Below are positions 19,185 through 28,326 of a DNA stretch of 64,000 nucleotides, in pieces. Position 1 is the first letter of the stretch. Each line of letters opens with the position of its first letter. The stretch is from positions 128,001-192,000 of the IMG/VR virus record IMGVR_UViG_3300033121_000493. The stretch is one strand, 5' to 3'. The notes beneath the pieces are model-generated. The model saw only the letters and a program-made list of their open reading frames with translations, did not search any database and was not told where the DNA came from. Both the position numbers and the translations under genes were made by a program. This stretch comes from a virus. Its lineage: Duplodnaviria; Caudoviricetes.

Positions 19185-19824
19185 CTGCTACCTCACGCGC
19201 GGACTCGGCACAATTGCATGGTTTATCTTTAATACAGAACAAAGTATGTCGTTTCTTAAACTCGGTATCTTGAACTTTACGAGACGTGTAGCCGGAGCAG
19301 TAACTGGTGATATCCGCATAACACGATAGTAGCTCAGGACGCTTGTCATTGATATCGTCAACAACCAGTGTACTACCATGTGCCAAAACGTGCTTTACAG
19401 TAGCTAGCCCGGCAGGAGCAACACGTGACTTCCACCTATCGGGACCATCTACAATAACTAAATCATACACGTCTTCGGCTGACGGCGTCCACGCGTACCA
19501 TCCAGTAGCCGAGTCAACGTCGACAACGACAAAGTCAATAGCCGGTAAATCTTTTGGCCACAGTGCTAAAAGCTTGTCATGCCACTCCCCAGGCATATTC
19601 AACGATTTTACTTTACAGCCAGTAGCTTTGGCGTATACTCCTAACAGCACAGATGACAGCCCAGAACCTAATTCAAGCACAGTTTTTGGTTTTGTAGCTA
19701 CAAGAACATCAATCAGCTCGCGTAACGCCTGAACCGACATCACATGCGATCCAAATACTTCGCGAAATGCTTTGACGTTAGTATCTAGTGCTGCGTTTAA
19801 TCGTTTAGCTAAACCACGTATCAT
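19072..19824 (-). CDS. class I SAM-dependent methyltransferase
   Basis: VLELGSGLSS (motif I), YDLVIVDGP, LVVDD. Confidence 0.85.
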   Translation of the reverse strand: MIRGLAKRLNAALDTNVKAFREVFGSHVMSVQALRELIDVLVATKPKTVLELGSGLSSVLLGVYAKATGCKVKSLNMPGEWHDKLLALWPKDLPAIDFVVVDVDSATGWYAWTPSAEDVYDLVIVDGPDRWKSRVAPAGLATVKHVLAHGSTLVVDDINDKRPELLSCYADITSYCSGYTSRKVQDTEFKKRHTLFCIKDKPCNCAESAREVADESPSESAIDNHMWQSAQRDQPEIQSDILQEHNVRLS

Positions 19825-20753
19825 TTATTTTCCTTAATCGCTGTAAGTTTACTAACAAACTGAGTCATTTGACTAGCTCTAGACCCAAACTTGTCACTAA
19901 GTAACTTAAGCATATTGCTGTTTAACTCTTTACGCAACTTGTCGTCTGATAAAAGACGATTGACGTATTCTACAGCTTTATCTAAATTTCTGCTAGGATA
20001 CACCAGCGCCGTCTGCTCGTGTATTGCGTAGTCTTGCATACCGCTACGGGGATGGTCAGTACACACCAAAGCACATCCAGCTAGCGATGCTTCAATAGGT
20101 GGGTTGTGTAACCCCTCTAGCTCGGTCGGTGCAAACCATACCTTAAGCCCGTTATACCATTTATTTAAAGCACTAGGGTTTGGACTCTTTATATCCTTAT
20201 TCAAAAACAGCATTTTCTCATCGAGGCGCGACGCTATGTCAAGCGCATCTTTTGAACGCTTAGTTTTGTGTTTATTGTGCATTAGTGAGCCGACGCCAGC
20301 TCTACCAGTATCTTGGTTTACAAAAAACAAATCTGTATCTAGTCCGGGGTACTGCAAATGCGCCGAAATTCCATTATCGCGCATATAAGTCTGTAGCCAC
20401 ACAGAGTTAACAAAAATATTTGGAATAGCTGTAAATGACTTAATCAGATTTGATTCTTGTGTTTTCCATAGCTCCAGCCCACGTACGTAGTAACACTGTA
20501 GCGCGCTACGGTAAGCTGCCACAGTTTTCCAACTGTTATAGCCTGTCGCTATTGTCACATCGCACTTTGGGTGGTCTTTACCCGCTACAAGTTGCACAGC
20601 ATGTTTGTGCCACGTATATCGGCTTTTACCGGAGTGGAAAAACGCGTAATGCCCAAGTGAGTTAAGTGTCTCAGCACACCTTATAAGCGTTCTAGACCCG
20701 CCGTTATTAGCTAGCCCAACAGCGTACACATTAAAGCAAATGTTCACGCGCAA
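19821..20753 (-). CDS. GT-B glycosyltransferase (GT4-like)
   Basis: NNGGSR, DVTIAT, NSVWL, EGLHNPPIEASLAGCALV, DYAIHEQTAL. Confidence 0.88.
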   Translation of the reverse strand: MRVNICFNVYAVGLANNGGSRTLIRCAETLNSLGHYAFFHSGKSRYTWHKHAVQLVAGKDHPKCDVTIATGYNSWKTVAAYRSALQCYYVRGLELWKTQESNLIKSFTAIPNIFVNSVWLQTYMRDNGISAHLQYPGLDTDLFFVNQDTGRAGVGSLMHNKHKTKRSKDALDIASRLDEKMLFLNKDIKSPNPSALNKWYNGLKVWFAPTELEGLHNPPIEASLAGCALVCTDHPRSGMQDYAIHEQTALVYPSRNLDKAVEYVNRLLSDDKLRKELNSNMLKLLSDKFGSRASQMTQFVSKLTAIKENK

Positions 20754-20755
20754 CT

Positions 20756-21496
20756 CTACAGTGGTGGGTAAACCGTTGTTGATATGCCGTTATATCTATT
20801 TGCAAGCTCTATCGCTAAACGGCTCACTGCATCCGCATCAAACTCCAAGAGAGTTACAACAGAATTGTCCCCAGGCTGTACCATACTTTTTAGCATAGTA
20901 TCATGCTCGATGTCTTGCACAGACTGTTCAGGATGCGTGTTAACAGCATAAAGTTTACGTATATCTATATCAATCGTATACGGTACATAGTCACCGCCAG
21001 TATACAATTTAGCCGTTGATGGAAAAATAGCATAGCGGCGCTCTCGGAGCATTGTCGTAATTTTAACAGTAGGCCACTCACTGGAGAACTTTAAGCTTGT
21101 AAACGGGGTTTTTTCATCTTTAAACATTTTCTCTGCGCGCGTAAGATTTTTGGCCGCAGGGTGAATTTTGATACACATATTATAGTTGTCGTATAGATTA
21201 GTCAGTGCTAGCCAAAAATAGTCAGGCTCGCCTAGTTTACAATCATCTTTAGACCTAGTGCTAATGTATGTAAGCGACGTCCAGCGAGAGTGCGCCAGCG
21301 CACGTACATAAGATATATGCTTAGCGGTAGTTTTAGAGTAAGTGTTAGTAGTTATAGAAACACCATTAAAATTGTTCCACCTGGCTATTTCATACCAGCC
21401 ATACGAATATAGACTGGCTCCATCAGATACTAAGTTCTTTGATTTAGCAGAATCTCTTTGGAAAAAAGCTTCGACTACACTTTTATTCGTAATCAC
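20756..21496 (-). CDS. phage hypothetical protein
   Basis: N-terminal LYSYG..IA...YSKTTAKH pattern recalled from phage proteins of unknown function. Confidence 0.6.
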   Translation of the reverse strand: MITNKSVVEAFFQRDSAKSKNLVSDGASLYSYGWYEIARWNNFNGVSITTNTYSKTTAKHISYVRALAHSRWTSLTYISTRSKDDCKLGEPDYFWLALTNLYDNYNMCIKIHPAAKNLTRAEKMFKDEKTPFTSLKFSSEWPTVKITTMLRERRYAIFPSTAKLYTGGDYVPYTIDIDIRKLYAVNTHPEQSVQDIEHDTMLKSMVQPGDNSVVTLLEFDADAVSRLAIELANRYNGISTTVYPPL

Positions 21497-21918
21497 TCAA
21501 ACCCCGTAAATTTCTTTGGCCTGTTGCCACGTGGCTGATCCGCAGCCGTACCTCCAATAATGGCCATAGCTATATCATTATCAAAGTTTGAAAAAACATC
21601 TTGTCTAAGTTTACTAAACAAGTCCGCAACGGCTGGCATGTTACTTGAGTGGAAACCGTAATACGAGCCAGCGTATGTAGTCATCGTTATGTCTAAACCA
21701 TCTATATTACAAGATCTACCATGTGATTTAATAAGATTTGCTATAGCGTCAGCTATGAGCGCTAACTGTATGGTTTCGCCCGTTTTGGGTGGGCTTTCTT
21801 TAGTTATACGTACAGTGTTTAAAACAGCTTTCTTGTAGTCTCTTACTGCTTCAACTACTTGAGTATACGACAATTGCATCTGATAGCTTCCAACACGAAA
21901 TAACATCTTTAACTGCAC
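21493..21918 (-). CDS. hypothetical protein
   Basis: ORF in operon, ATGA-type coupling to the next gene. Confidence 0.55.
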   Translation of the reverse strand: MQLKMLFRVGSYQMQLSYTQVVEAVRDYKKAVLNTVRITKESPPKTGETIQLALIADAIANLIKSHGRSCNIDGLDITMTTYAGSYYGFHSSNMPAVADLFSKLRQDVFSNFDNDIAMAIIGGTAADQPRGNRPKKFTGFE

Positions 21919-22225
21919 ATTCGATTGCTACTATCATATTGTTTGTGTACAAGAATGTAAACGTAGCGTACGCCACAGGCCGCACAAAGAATTCACCCTG
22001 TACACTAATGTGCGTACGTGATCGACGTTTTGATACGCGCAATAAAGCGCCAGCGGCCATATCCAGCAAGACTTGCTTTGTCGCTTTGTTGCATTTAAAC
22101 ACTTCAGACGAAAATTTATCAAACACTACGATTGATAGAGTGTTCCGTCGAAAATTTTCCATCTGGGTATCTCTTGTACAGCTTTTTGAGATTTTCTGCG
22201 ACAATATCGGCAAGAGTACCGGCAC
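21851..22225 (-). CDS. hypothetical protein
   Basis: Fills the gap between flanking genes; start uncertain. Confidence 0.4.
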   Translation of the reverse strand: MPVLLPILSQKISKSCTRDTQMENFRRNTLSIVVFDKFSSEVFKCNKATKQVLLDMAAGALLRVSKRRSRTHISVQGEFFVRPVAYATFTFLYTNNMIVAIECAVKDVISCWKLSDAIVVYSSS

Positions 22226-22703
22226 CAGTAATGCTGGCGATTGTAACTATTTTAGAAATAATTGCGTGCGCAGAAACATTAACTTCAGATTTAACTTCAT
22301 CAGTTATTGGATGCCCGTGAAAAGCTGTTCTTTTCGCGTGCCGTATAAATGGATTAGAGATAATTAGCAGCGTATGAAATTCTTGAATGGCGTCATCGTC
22401 ATACAGCCAACTTGAGGCACTAGTTGTTATTCGCGCAGGATCAAACGTAGTCAACCCATACTGATACATGCCAACGCAGCAGTACCACAACAGGTCACCT
22501 AGCTCCTCACGTATATGAGCGATCTTAGTATCTTTATCAAGCCCAGCTTGTAGGCCTGCATCTGTAAAAAATATCTCAGCCAGCTCACCGAGCTCGTCTG
22601 CTACGCCTAGTCCGCAATTTGCAATCTTATCATTGATGGCTAGATTTTCGTTCATCAGACCAATCGCTTTAGCCTGATATTCTTGCAGTACTGTCATTAC
22701 CAA
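22119..22703 (-). CDS. MazG-like nucleotide pyrophosphohydrolase
   Basis: EYQ, LGVADELGEL, EELGDLLWY, NLKKLYKRYPDGKF. Confidence 0.85.
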   Translation of the reverse strand: MVMTVLQEYQAKAIGLMNENLAINDKIANCGLGVADELGELAEIFFTDAGLQAGLDKDTKIAHIREELGDLLWYCCVGMYQYGLTTFDPARITTSASSWLYDDDAIQEFHTLLIISNPFIRHAKRTAFHGHPITDEVKSEVNVSAHAIISKIVTIASITGAGTLADIVAENLKKLYKRYPDGKFSTEHSINRSV

Positions 22704-22715
22704 AAACTCCTATTG

Positions 22716-23174
22716 TTAACCTGGTCGAGCGCGAGAAGGTAGACGGTCTATGATACTGTCTAGCCGTCTACGTAGCGCTTCAAACTCTTCTGTTGCAGCT
22801 GATTGCTCTTTCAATGTATTAACAATCGTAGGATAGCTATGTACGAATGCCACGATTTCTTTGGTTATATCCAGCAAATTATCGTACTTGGTTGTTAACG
22901 TAAGCATCGCAGTAGTGATGGTACGACACTCGACGGTTAACGCCGCGTTTATTTCTTTGATCGATTTAAGATCCGCACTCAACGTGCGTATTGTCTCTAT
23001 GAGAATTTTAGTTGAATCGTCATTGTTTTCTTTTTTCTTTATTATGCCAAAGTCCATTAGACCTTTTGCAAATATGAACAAACATACTGCAATATAGGCT
23101 ACGTCCTGTGGTGACCAATCAATAGCGGCTAACAGACTACTGGACAATAGTACCCCCGACATGTATCCCAGCAT
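22716..23174 (-). CDS. membrane protein with C-terminal coiled coil (holin-like or membrane anchor)
   Basis: Hydrophobic N-terminus and TM segment VAYIAVCLFIFAKGL followed by KKKE and heptad-like repeats. Confidence 0.5.
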   Translation of the reverse strand: MLGYMSGVLLSSSLLAAIDWSPQDVAYIAVCLFIFAKGLMDFGIIKKKENNDDSTKILIETIRTLSADLKSIKEINAALTVECRTITTAMLTLTTKYDNLLDITKEIVAFVHSYPTIVNTLKEQSAATEEFEALRRRLDSIIDRLPSRARPG

Positions 23175-23304
23175 AATACCACCGCCATTTGCTAACGGAC
23201 AATCATGTTATGACAATTACAACTTTGATATCACATGTAAAGTTACGATAATCGTAAACAAAAACAGTGTCGTATCAAGGCTGCTACATCGCTTCGCGCG
23301 TTCG

Positions 23305-23334
23305 ATTATATCACGCATAAAGCACACTGTGCAA
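23305..23334 (-). promoter_or_regulatory. sigma70-like promoter
   Basis: Minus strand TTGCAC-18 nt-TATAAT with TG extension (TGATATAAT) in the intergenic gap. Confidence 0.65.
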
Positions 23335-23347
23335 TTTTACGCAACCA

Positions 23348-23614
23348 CTAGAGTTGGATGTCAAGATCGTTAAAAAGTGCCTTGCCGTCATCGTCAGTCT
23401 CCTTATTTGGTAGACCGGCATTTATATTAGCCTTTACGGCAGGCGGCGTATAAGGAATGTTTAACTTATTAAAAACACGTTTCTTATCATCTTCATTATC
23501 TAGAGCCGACACAATAAGCCAATGTGTTCCGCATAAATTAACGCCCAAGTATCTTACAGCGTCGCCTTGTTTTGTACATTTAGGCCAACCGCACATATCG
23601 GACTGGTCAGACAT
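23348..23614 (-). CDS. small protein with putative C/C/C/H zinc site
   Basis: CGWPKC...LCGTHW; GGAGG RBS. Confidence 0.6.
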   Translation of the reverse strand: MSDQSDMCGWPKCTKQGDAVRYLGVNLCGTHWLIVSALDNEDDKKRVFNKLNIPYTPPAVKANINAGLPNKETDDDGKALFNDLDIQL

Positions 23615-23623
23615 ATACCTCCA

Positions 23624-24730
23624 TTAATACTCAATAATTCGGCTACCAGCCGGATTAGAAGTTTGTAGGTTGATTGGGACAAACGCAGCGCTAAGCACAG
23701 ACGTGTAATAGATGTTTGCCGAGGATGGCGTCATAGTTACACCGTCTAAAGTTATATTGTTACCGCCGTCGATATCAACTGCGCGTGGGTTCGGATTACC
23801 TATCGTGTTTGTGTACTCAATAGTCAGATTCTTCAACCAAGTAAACCCAGGATACCGCACAGTACCGGACTGGTTACGCTTTGAAAGTTTTACGCCAATA
23901 GTGGGTTTTGTTGTGTTAGGCCGCACAACGGTGTCTTCCACCACAGAATTACCGATATATCCGTAAATGAAAATCTCGGAATCGGTTACGCCATCTTGGC
24001 AATTGTACGTCACGGTACAGTTACTTATTGCGTTGTTAATACTATTACCTACGGCACTTGACGACGCATCTAAGTAAATACCATGTTGCATATTTTGAGA
24101 CGCTGTGAACTTATTAGCTAGAAATCCGTGTAAGTCGTAACCTACGACGTGTAATCCGTCTCCAGCACAACCTGTAGCAGAACACGAATACAGACTAATC
24201 CGCTCACCGGCATAAGTTGCGCCATTAAAGAAAAACCCATGCTCTGGAGCGTTATATACGTCTACATTAGATATAGCCGAAGCTGGTCCAGCTTTATCTA
24301 TGCGTATCCCGCCACCATACAGCTTAAAATTAGATACATAACAGTCATATAGCGATACGCCTGACTCGCCAAACAGGATGGCGTAACTACCAGTGCCAGT
24401 GTAGTTTATTGTAGTGCCTTCCGGATGTCCGCGTAGCAAATTGTTAAAGGATACCGTAATAGGCTTATCTAGTGTAACTATGCCTGGTTGCAGATTAACA
24501 GGGCGATTAGCGTCTAGCTCTGTCTGTATCTGATCGGCCGATGTGTACTGCGTATACGCACTAACGGTAGTAACCTGCGTTAGTTGTTCGCGATCGCCGC
24601 GTCGCGTGTCTGGTCGGATAATAGCAGCGCCGTCCAGCGATACTATGTCGCGTTCAGCTACAGGATTAGGTGCTTTTGGTCCAGCATTTGGATCAAATCC
24701 TAGTAGATCTGCAACAGTTTTAGTACCCAT
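23624..24730 (-). CDS. right-handed parallel beta-helix protein (pectate lyase/tailspike-like)
   Basis: IQTELD..RPVNLQPG, LRG, repeated N/G-rich coils (NAPEHGFFF, CAGDGLHV, NMQHGIYL). Confidence 0.75.
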   Translation of the reverse strand: MGTKTVADLLGFDPNAGPKAPNPVAERDIVSLDGAAIIRPDTRRGDREQLTQVTTVSAYTQYTSADQIQTELDANRPVNLQPGIVTLDKPITVSFNNLLRGHPEGTTINYTGTGSYAILFGESGVSLYDCYVSNFKLYGGGIRIDKAGPASAISNVDVYNAPEHGFFFNGATYAGERISLYSCSATGCAGDGLHVVGYDLHGFLANKFTASQNMQHGIYLDASSSAVGNSINNAISNCTVTYNCQDGVTDSEIFIYGYIGNSVVEDTVVRPNTTKPTIGVKLSKRNQSGTVRYPGFTWLKNLTIEYTNTIGNPNPRAVDIDGGNNITLDGVTMTPSSANIYYTSVLSAAFVPINLQTSNPAGSRIIEY

Positions 24731-24739
24731 CCGTAACCC

Positions 24740-25864
24740 CTAGACATTAACAATTTTATTGTCGGCCAGTAAATTTGTATTCAAATTAGTTGGCTTATAG
24801 TCATTTTGTGGCGATCCGTGCCAGCTAACAAGGGCAGACGTATTGCCTGCTATAAACAACGACTGAATAATAGACCTATACGCGTTCGTAAACTTAGCGG
24901 CATATGTTGTCTGCGCGGTAACTGTATTGGCGTATACAAATACGGCCTGGCCTATCACAACGTTTCGCGGCTGTAGATTCGTAGAAGATATTGTTGTGTC
25001 ACTAAAATCCATAGCTGTGATAGGAACGGCGGTACGATACGACTCGAAGTGCGTTGTTGTGATTAGTGCGTCATGGAATCCGCCCACAACCTTTAATTCA
25101 GCTGGATAGTCAGAATTTGAACCGTTACTCTGTAATGTTGAGTGGTCTATTTTGAAGTTTGTAACTATGCCGGTAGCTGCGACTGATCTGATAAATAGAC
25201 CGTATCCAGCATTATTTTCACTGGCTAAATGGGTAAACGTTAACCCATCTAGTGTGTGCGACGCTTCAACCAATACACCGTGTAACGGATTACCGTACGT
25301 GCCAAACGACCTAATCGTGACTGGACCGTCAAACGCCCCATCGGCGTCAGTGACGTATAACGCGGCTTGCGCGGCGTCTGTTACATAGACACTCGACACA
25401 GCGCAATCTGTGCCGCCATTGACAATCTTTAATCCGGCATCGTCTATATTTATGTCTTCTATTAGACCTGCGTTACATGGGATACCAGCTTCACCCAGCA
25501 CAACTGCGTAATTGCCAGCTCCAGTGTAGCGCAAAAGTGTGCCAAAATTATTACCAACGAGCCGCTGTCCGGCTCTAACTACAATGGGCGTAGATACGTT
25601 TATTGTTCCTGTAGGCAGCAAAGCGTAACCACTAGAATCCAGTGCTGCCTGAATCAGCGCCGCATTAGTCAAACCTGACGAATAATCTTCTTGTACCACT
25701 ACAAGTGTCGGTAATCTACCACCACGGCGCATATCTGGAGCTGGACCAGTGCCACCAGGATTACTTACTGGCTGAATAAGACCTGCCCTAGGGGTAAGGT
25801 TAGGAGCCAGATACGGTAACACAGTAAGGCCACCGAGCTCCTGCATCGCTGTTCTGGTTCCCAC
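24740..25864 (-). CDS. right-handed parallel beta-helix protein (pectate lyase/tailspike-like)
   Basis: NAALIQAALD..GYALLPTG, LVG..GTLLRYTG, NPLHGVLV, NNAGYGLFI; paralog of 23624-24730. Confidence 0.78.
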   Translation of the reverse strand: MGTRTAMQELGGLTVLPYLAPNLTPRAGLIQPVSNPGGTGPAPDMRRGGRLPTLVVVQEDYSSGLTNAALIQAALDSSGYALLPTGTINVSTPIVVRAGQRLVGNNFGTLLRYTGAGNYAVVLGEAGIPCNAGLIEDINIDDAGLKIVNGGTDCAVSSVYVTDAAQAALYVTDADGAFDGPVTIRSFGTYGNPLHGVLVEASHTLDGLTFTHLASENNAGYGLFIRSVAATGIVTNFKIDHSTLQSNGSNSDYPAELKVVGGFHDALITTTHFESYRTAVPITAMDFSDTTISSTNLQPRNVVIGQAVFVYANTVTAQTTYAAKFTNAYRSIIQSLFIAGNTSALVSWHGSPQNDYKPTNLNTNLLADNKIVNV

Positions 25865-25904
25865 ATATAGCTCCAGCTAACATTAAACCCGAGTATCAAA
25901 ATGC

Positions 25905-25934
25905 AGTATAGCCCGTTTTTTACTACAACGCCAA
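25905..25934 (-). promoter_or_regulatory. possible sigma70-like promoter for the beta-helix genes
   Basis: Minus strand TTGGCG-18 nt-TATACT upstream of a GGAG RBS. Confidence 0.4.
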
Positions 25935-25938
25935 AACT

Positions 25939-26163
25939 TTACAGCTGACGAACTAAGCCATAACGGCGTAAGAGACCGGCTCGTCTAAGTTTTCGTGATT
26001 TTTGATAGCGCAACGCTGTAAGAGATTTAGTATAAGTAGCTATGAGATCTTCTAAATTTTTGATCTTATCATCAAGATCGTCAGTAGTGCCGACTATATC
26101 ACGAGGGCACCACGTGCCTAAACGCTTTAAAATACTAGACTTAACGACAGCACACCGACTCAA
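25939..26163 (-). CDS. small basic coiled-coil protein
   Basis: TTG start overlapping the upstream TGA; basic C-terminus. Confidence 0.55.
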   Translation of the reverse strand: MSRCAVVKSSILKRLGTWCPRDIVGTTDDLDDKIKNLEDLIATYTKSLTALRYQKSRKLRRAGLLRRYGLVRQL

Positions 26164-26195
26164 CGAGTTTTCCTTTTCTGTTTGCGTTTTCCAAA
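26158..26195. repeat. 38-bp direct repeat (37/38 identical to 26577-26614) spanning gene end, RBS and next start
   Basis: ACTCAACGAGTTTTCCTTTTCTGTTT(G/A)CGTTTTCCAAA; encodes FGKRKQKRKTR-stop with an overlapping TTG start. Confidence 0.92.
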
Positions 26196-26582
26196 GCTAG
26201 ACCTGAGCCGCAGTCTAAAGGCGTTAATACGCTTTAAGCTCAGAACACTGGCCCGACTAACGCCTTCTATAACGCGGAACAGATTAATGTATTTCTCGCA
26301 AAAACTAGACTCGTAAAAAGTATCATTAAGCCTTGAAAATGGGTAGTCTATTGGCGACGAATCCTCAAATAAACCAGCAATTTCATCCAGCATAAGCGAA
26401 GACTTCGCACAAACCTCATCACCTACAGACTCAAATCTAATAGCGAAGCTTTTTTTACTACGGTATATACGCCGATCATTACAGTCGTAATCACGTGCGT
26501 CAAGATGAAATATTACTGCTGGATTGCTTTGCCCGACTGTTAACCATTCCCAGGCCAACTTATCATGACGACTACTACTCAA
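26160..26582 (-). CDS. hypothetical protein, paralog family 2
   Basis: YRSKKSFAIRF..VGDEV; C-terminus FGKRKQKRKTR. Confidence 0.7.
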   Translation of the reverse strand: MSSSRHDKLAWEWLTVGQSNPAVIFHLDARDYDCNDRRIYRSKKSFAIRFESVGDEVCAKSSLMLDEIAGLFEDSSPIDYPFSRLNDTFYESSFCEKYINLFRVIEGVSRASVLSLKRINAFRLRLRSSFGKRKQKRKTR

Positions 26583-27016
26583 CGAGTTTTCCTTTTCTGT
26601 TTACGTTTTCCAAATAACCGTCTAACCTCCAACCTTATTAAATTAGCAACTTCTAACATATAAGCATGGCGCAAACCAACTTGACCTATATGTGCACACA
26701 GACGTCCAAAGTTATCAAAAAATAACGAATCATAATCGGCATGTCTTGCCGAGTAGTGTAGTCGTAACACACCACGTACCCAATATCCAATTCCAGTTAT
26801 GTACGATAACTGTTCAGAATTAGTACATTCTATTTCGTCACCTGTGGGCGTAAATATAACAGCAAAACTTTTTTTCTTTCTATAGAATTTTTGCCATTCT
26901 TCCTTAGCGTTTAAGACATCGTGAGGTGAAAAACCGGCAGAGGTTAAACGCAGCACGACTGTGCGGGTGGTATCTACAATTAACCGCCAATATAGCTGGT
27001 ATAGTTCGCTATTCAA
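26579..27016 (-). CDS. hypothetical protein, paralog family 2
   Basis: YRKKKSFAVIF..TGDEI; C-terminus FGKRKQKRKTR. Confidence 0.7.
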   Translation of the reverse strand: MNSELYQLYWRLIVDTTRTVVLRLTSAGFSPHDVLNAKEEWQKFYRKKKSFAVIFTPTGDEIECTNSEQLSYITGIGYWVRGVLRLHYSARHADYDSLFFDNFGRLCAHIGQVGLRHAYMLEVANLIRLEVRRLFGKRKQKRKTR

Positions 27017-27020
27017 TTAC

Positions 27021-27458
27021 TCACTCCTCGAATAGTATTGTGTAAAGCTGTGACCGTAACTTGTTAACCCGATGTAAAGCCTCCAAATTTGCGATACTGG
27101 CAGCGCTTATACACATGGCAAGCGCATGAAAATTGCTCCAGAAAATTTTAGCGTACATAGCAAGTCGCGCCGACTCGTATGTATCGTTAAATATAGTTGA
27201 TATGGCTATGTTGGTTTGCATCTCCATATCGCGAGAAAACAGTGACGTTATTTCATCACCATTTGACGAAAAAGTAATACTCCAGCTTTGCGGCCGAGTA
27301 GAAAACCGTCGCGCGTATATCGGATGGTTTGACGAGTCGGCAACGAGTTGCTGGGCGACTGATGACTTAGGAGCGCGTAGCATGCACACTACAGTTGCAA
27401 TATCCGTATTGTATATATTCCAAACAAATTTAGTGTTCATATACCACGAATAGCGCAT
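27021..27458 (-). CDS. hypothetical protein, paralog family 2
   Basis: RPQSWSITF..NGDEI, FWSNF, VNKLR shared with the two downstream genes. Confidence 0.65.
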   Translation of the reverse strand: MRYSWYMNTKFVWNIYNTDIATVVCMLRAPKSSVAQQLVADSSNHPIYARRFSTRPQSWSITFSSNGDEITSLFSRDMEMQTNIAISTIFNDTYESARLAMYAKIFWSNFHALAMCISAASIANLEALHRVNKLRSQLYTILFEE

Positions 27459-27664
27459 ATATACGCAACTCTGACAGCATGGCCTACAAGATAACCGCGC
27501 CTAGCAATTGCGGTAATTATAGTTCTATCCCAACTGTAGGCCGTAGAGATTAAAGACAAATTAATCTGCATGTCGTATGACCTTGGGCTTGCCACATTAA
27601 AAAACAGAGAGTTCTCAATTTTAATATAAGGCACGCCCAGGTAAGATAATATATTTAGCATCAT
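27437..27664 (-). CDS. hypothetical protein
   Basis: 75-aa ORF coupled to its neighbours. Confidence 0.45.
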   Translation of the reverse strand: MMLNILSYLGVPYIKIENSLFFNVASPRSYDMQINLSLISTAYSWDRTIITAIARRGYLVGHAVRVAYICAIRGI

Positions 27665-27957
27665 TGACGCTTTTTACTAAACGCGTCTTTACAAAAGTCT
27701 AGTACAGAATCAGTGATAACCGTAACACGGATAGAGACCGTCAAACGTGTAAGATCAAAAAACAACCGATCAAGATGAGCACGTGTGTCTAACAGCCTTT
27801 CAAAACAGTAATCTAAGGCGTAGCTATGACGCCTAGCTAGCGCTGTAGAGCTATTGTCCTCAAACTCGCCGGGCATAAATCTAAAGAAGTCAGACTGGCG
27901 ATTACGTAAAGATAATGCTTCCCAAATCTTAATTGTTGCTTCAGTCGGCTTTTGCAC
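27661..27957 (-). CDS. hypothetical protein (MQKPTEATIKIWE family)
   Basis: First 13 aa identical to 28302-28598; RRHSYALDY motif. Confidence 0.7.
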   Translation of the reverse strand: MQKPTEATIKIWEALSLRNRQSDFFRFMPGEFEDNSSTALARRHSYALDYCFERLLDTRAHLDRLFFDLTRLTVSIRVTVITDSVLDFCKDAFSKKRQ

Positions 27958-27959
27958 GG
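27919..27959. repeat. 41-bp direct repeat (40/41 identical to 28560-28600) spanning a gene start
   Basis: TTCCCAAATCTTAATTGTTGCTTCAGT(C/T)GGCTTTTGCACGG. Confidence 0.92.
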
Positions 27960-28014
27960 TGTAGGCTAGCCCTGGCTCGTGGGGTTTACATAGGCTGTGA
28001 AAACATAGATCTAA

Positions 28015-28326
28015 CTAAACAACACGAAAATTCATTCTAACGCTCCTTGCAGCACGCTTTAGTATAGTCACTATACTGTCGACGTATACGCCAAGTGGAG
28101 CAGCGTATTGCGCAGTATTCCACTTGCTAGCAGAATAAGTATCAAACTCGACAAAACAAATCTCCAGGGCTACATCGTAAGACAATGCTTGCATATTACC
28201 CTTATTACCATGAAAAAATGTAGCAGTACCGATATAAATAGAGGTACGATCACTCTGTATCGAGGCTTGAGCTATAGATAACATGCCTACTTTAGACAAC
28301 ATCACGACCATGCCTTTGCGCAACAA
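28015..28326 (-). CDS. hypothetical protein
   Basis: 103-aa ORF between the repeat copies. Confidence 0.5.
   Translation of the reverse strand: MLRKGMVVMLSKVGMLSIAQASIQSDRTSIYIGTATFFHGNKGNMQALSYDVALEICFVEFDTYSASKWNTAQYAAPLGVYVDSIVTILKRAARSVRMNFRVV

Noticed and set aside
9567-20753. Bacterial chromosomal O-antigen/capsule locus
   Set aside because: No wzx/wzy/ABC export or nucleotide-sugar synthesis genes; genes are coupled with phage-type tmk/thyX neighbours and match the surrounding sequence style
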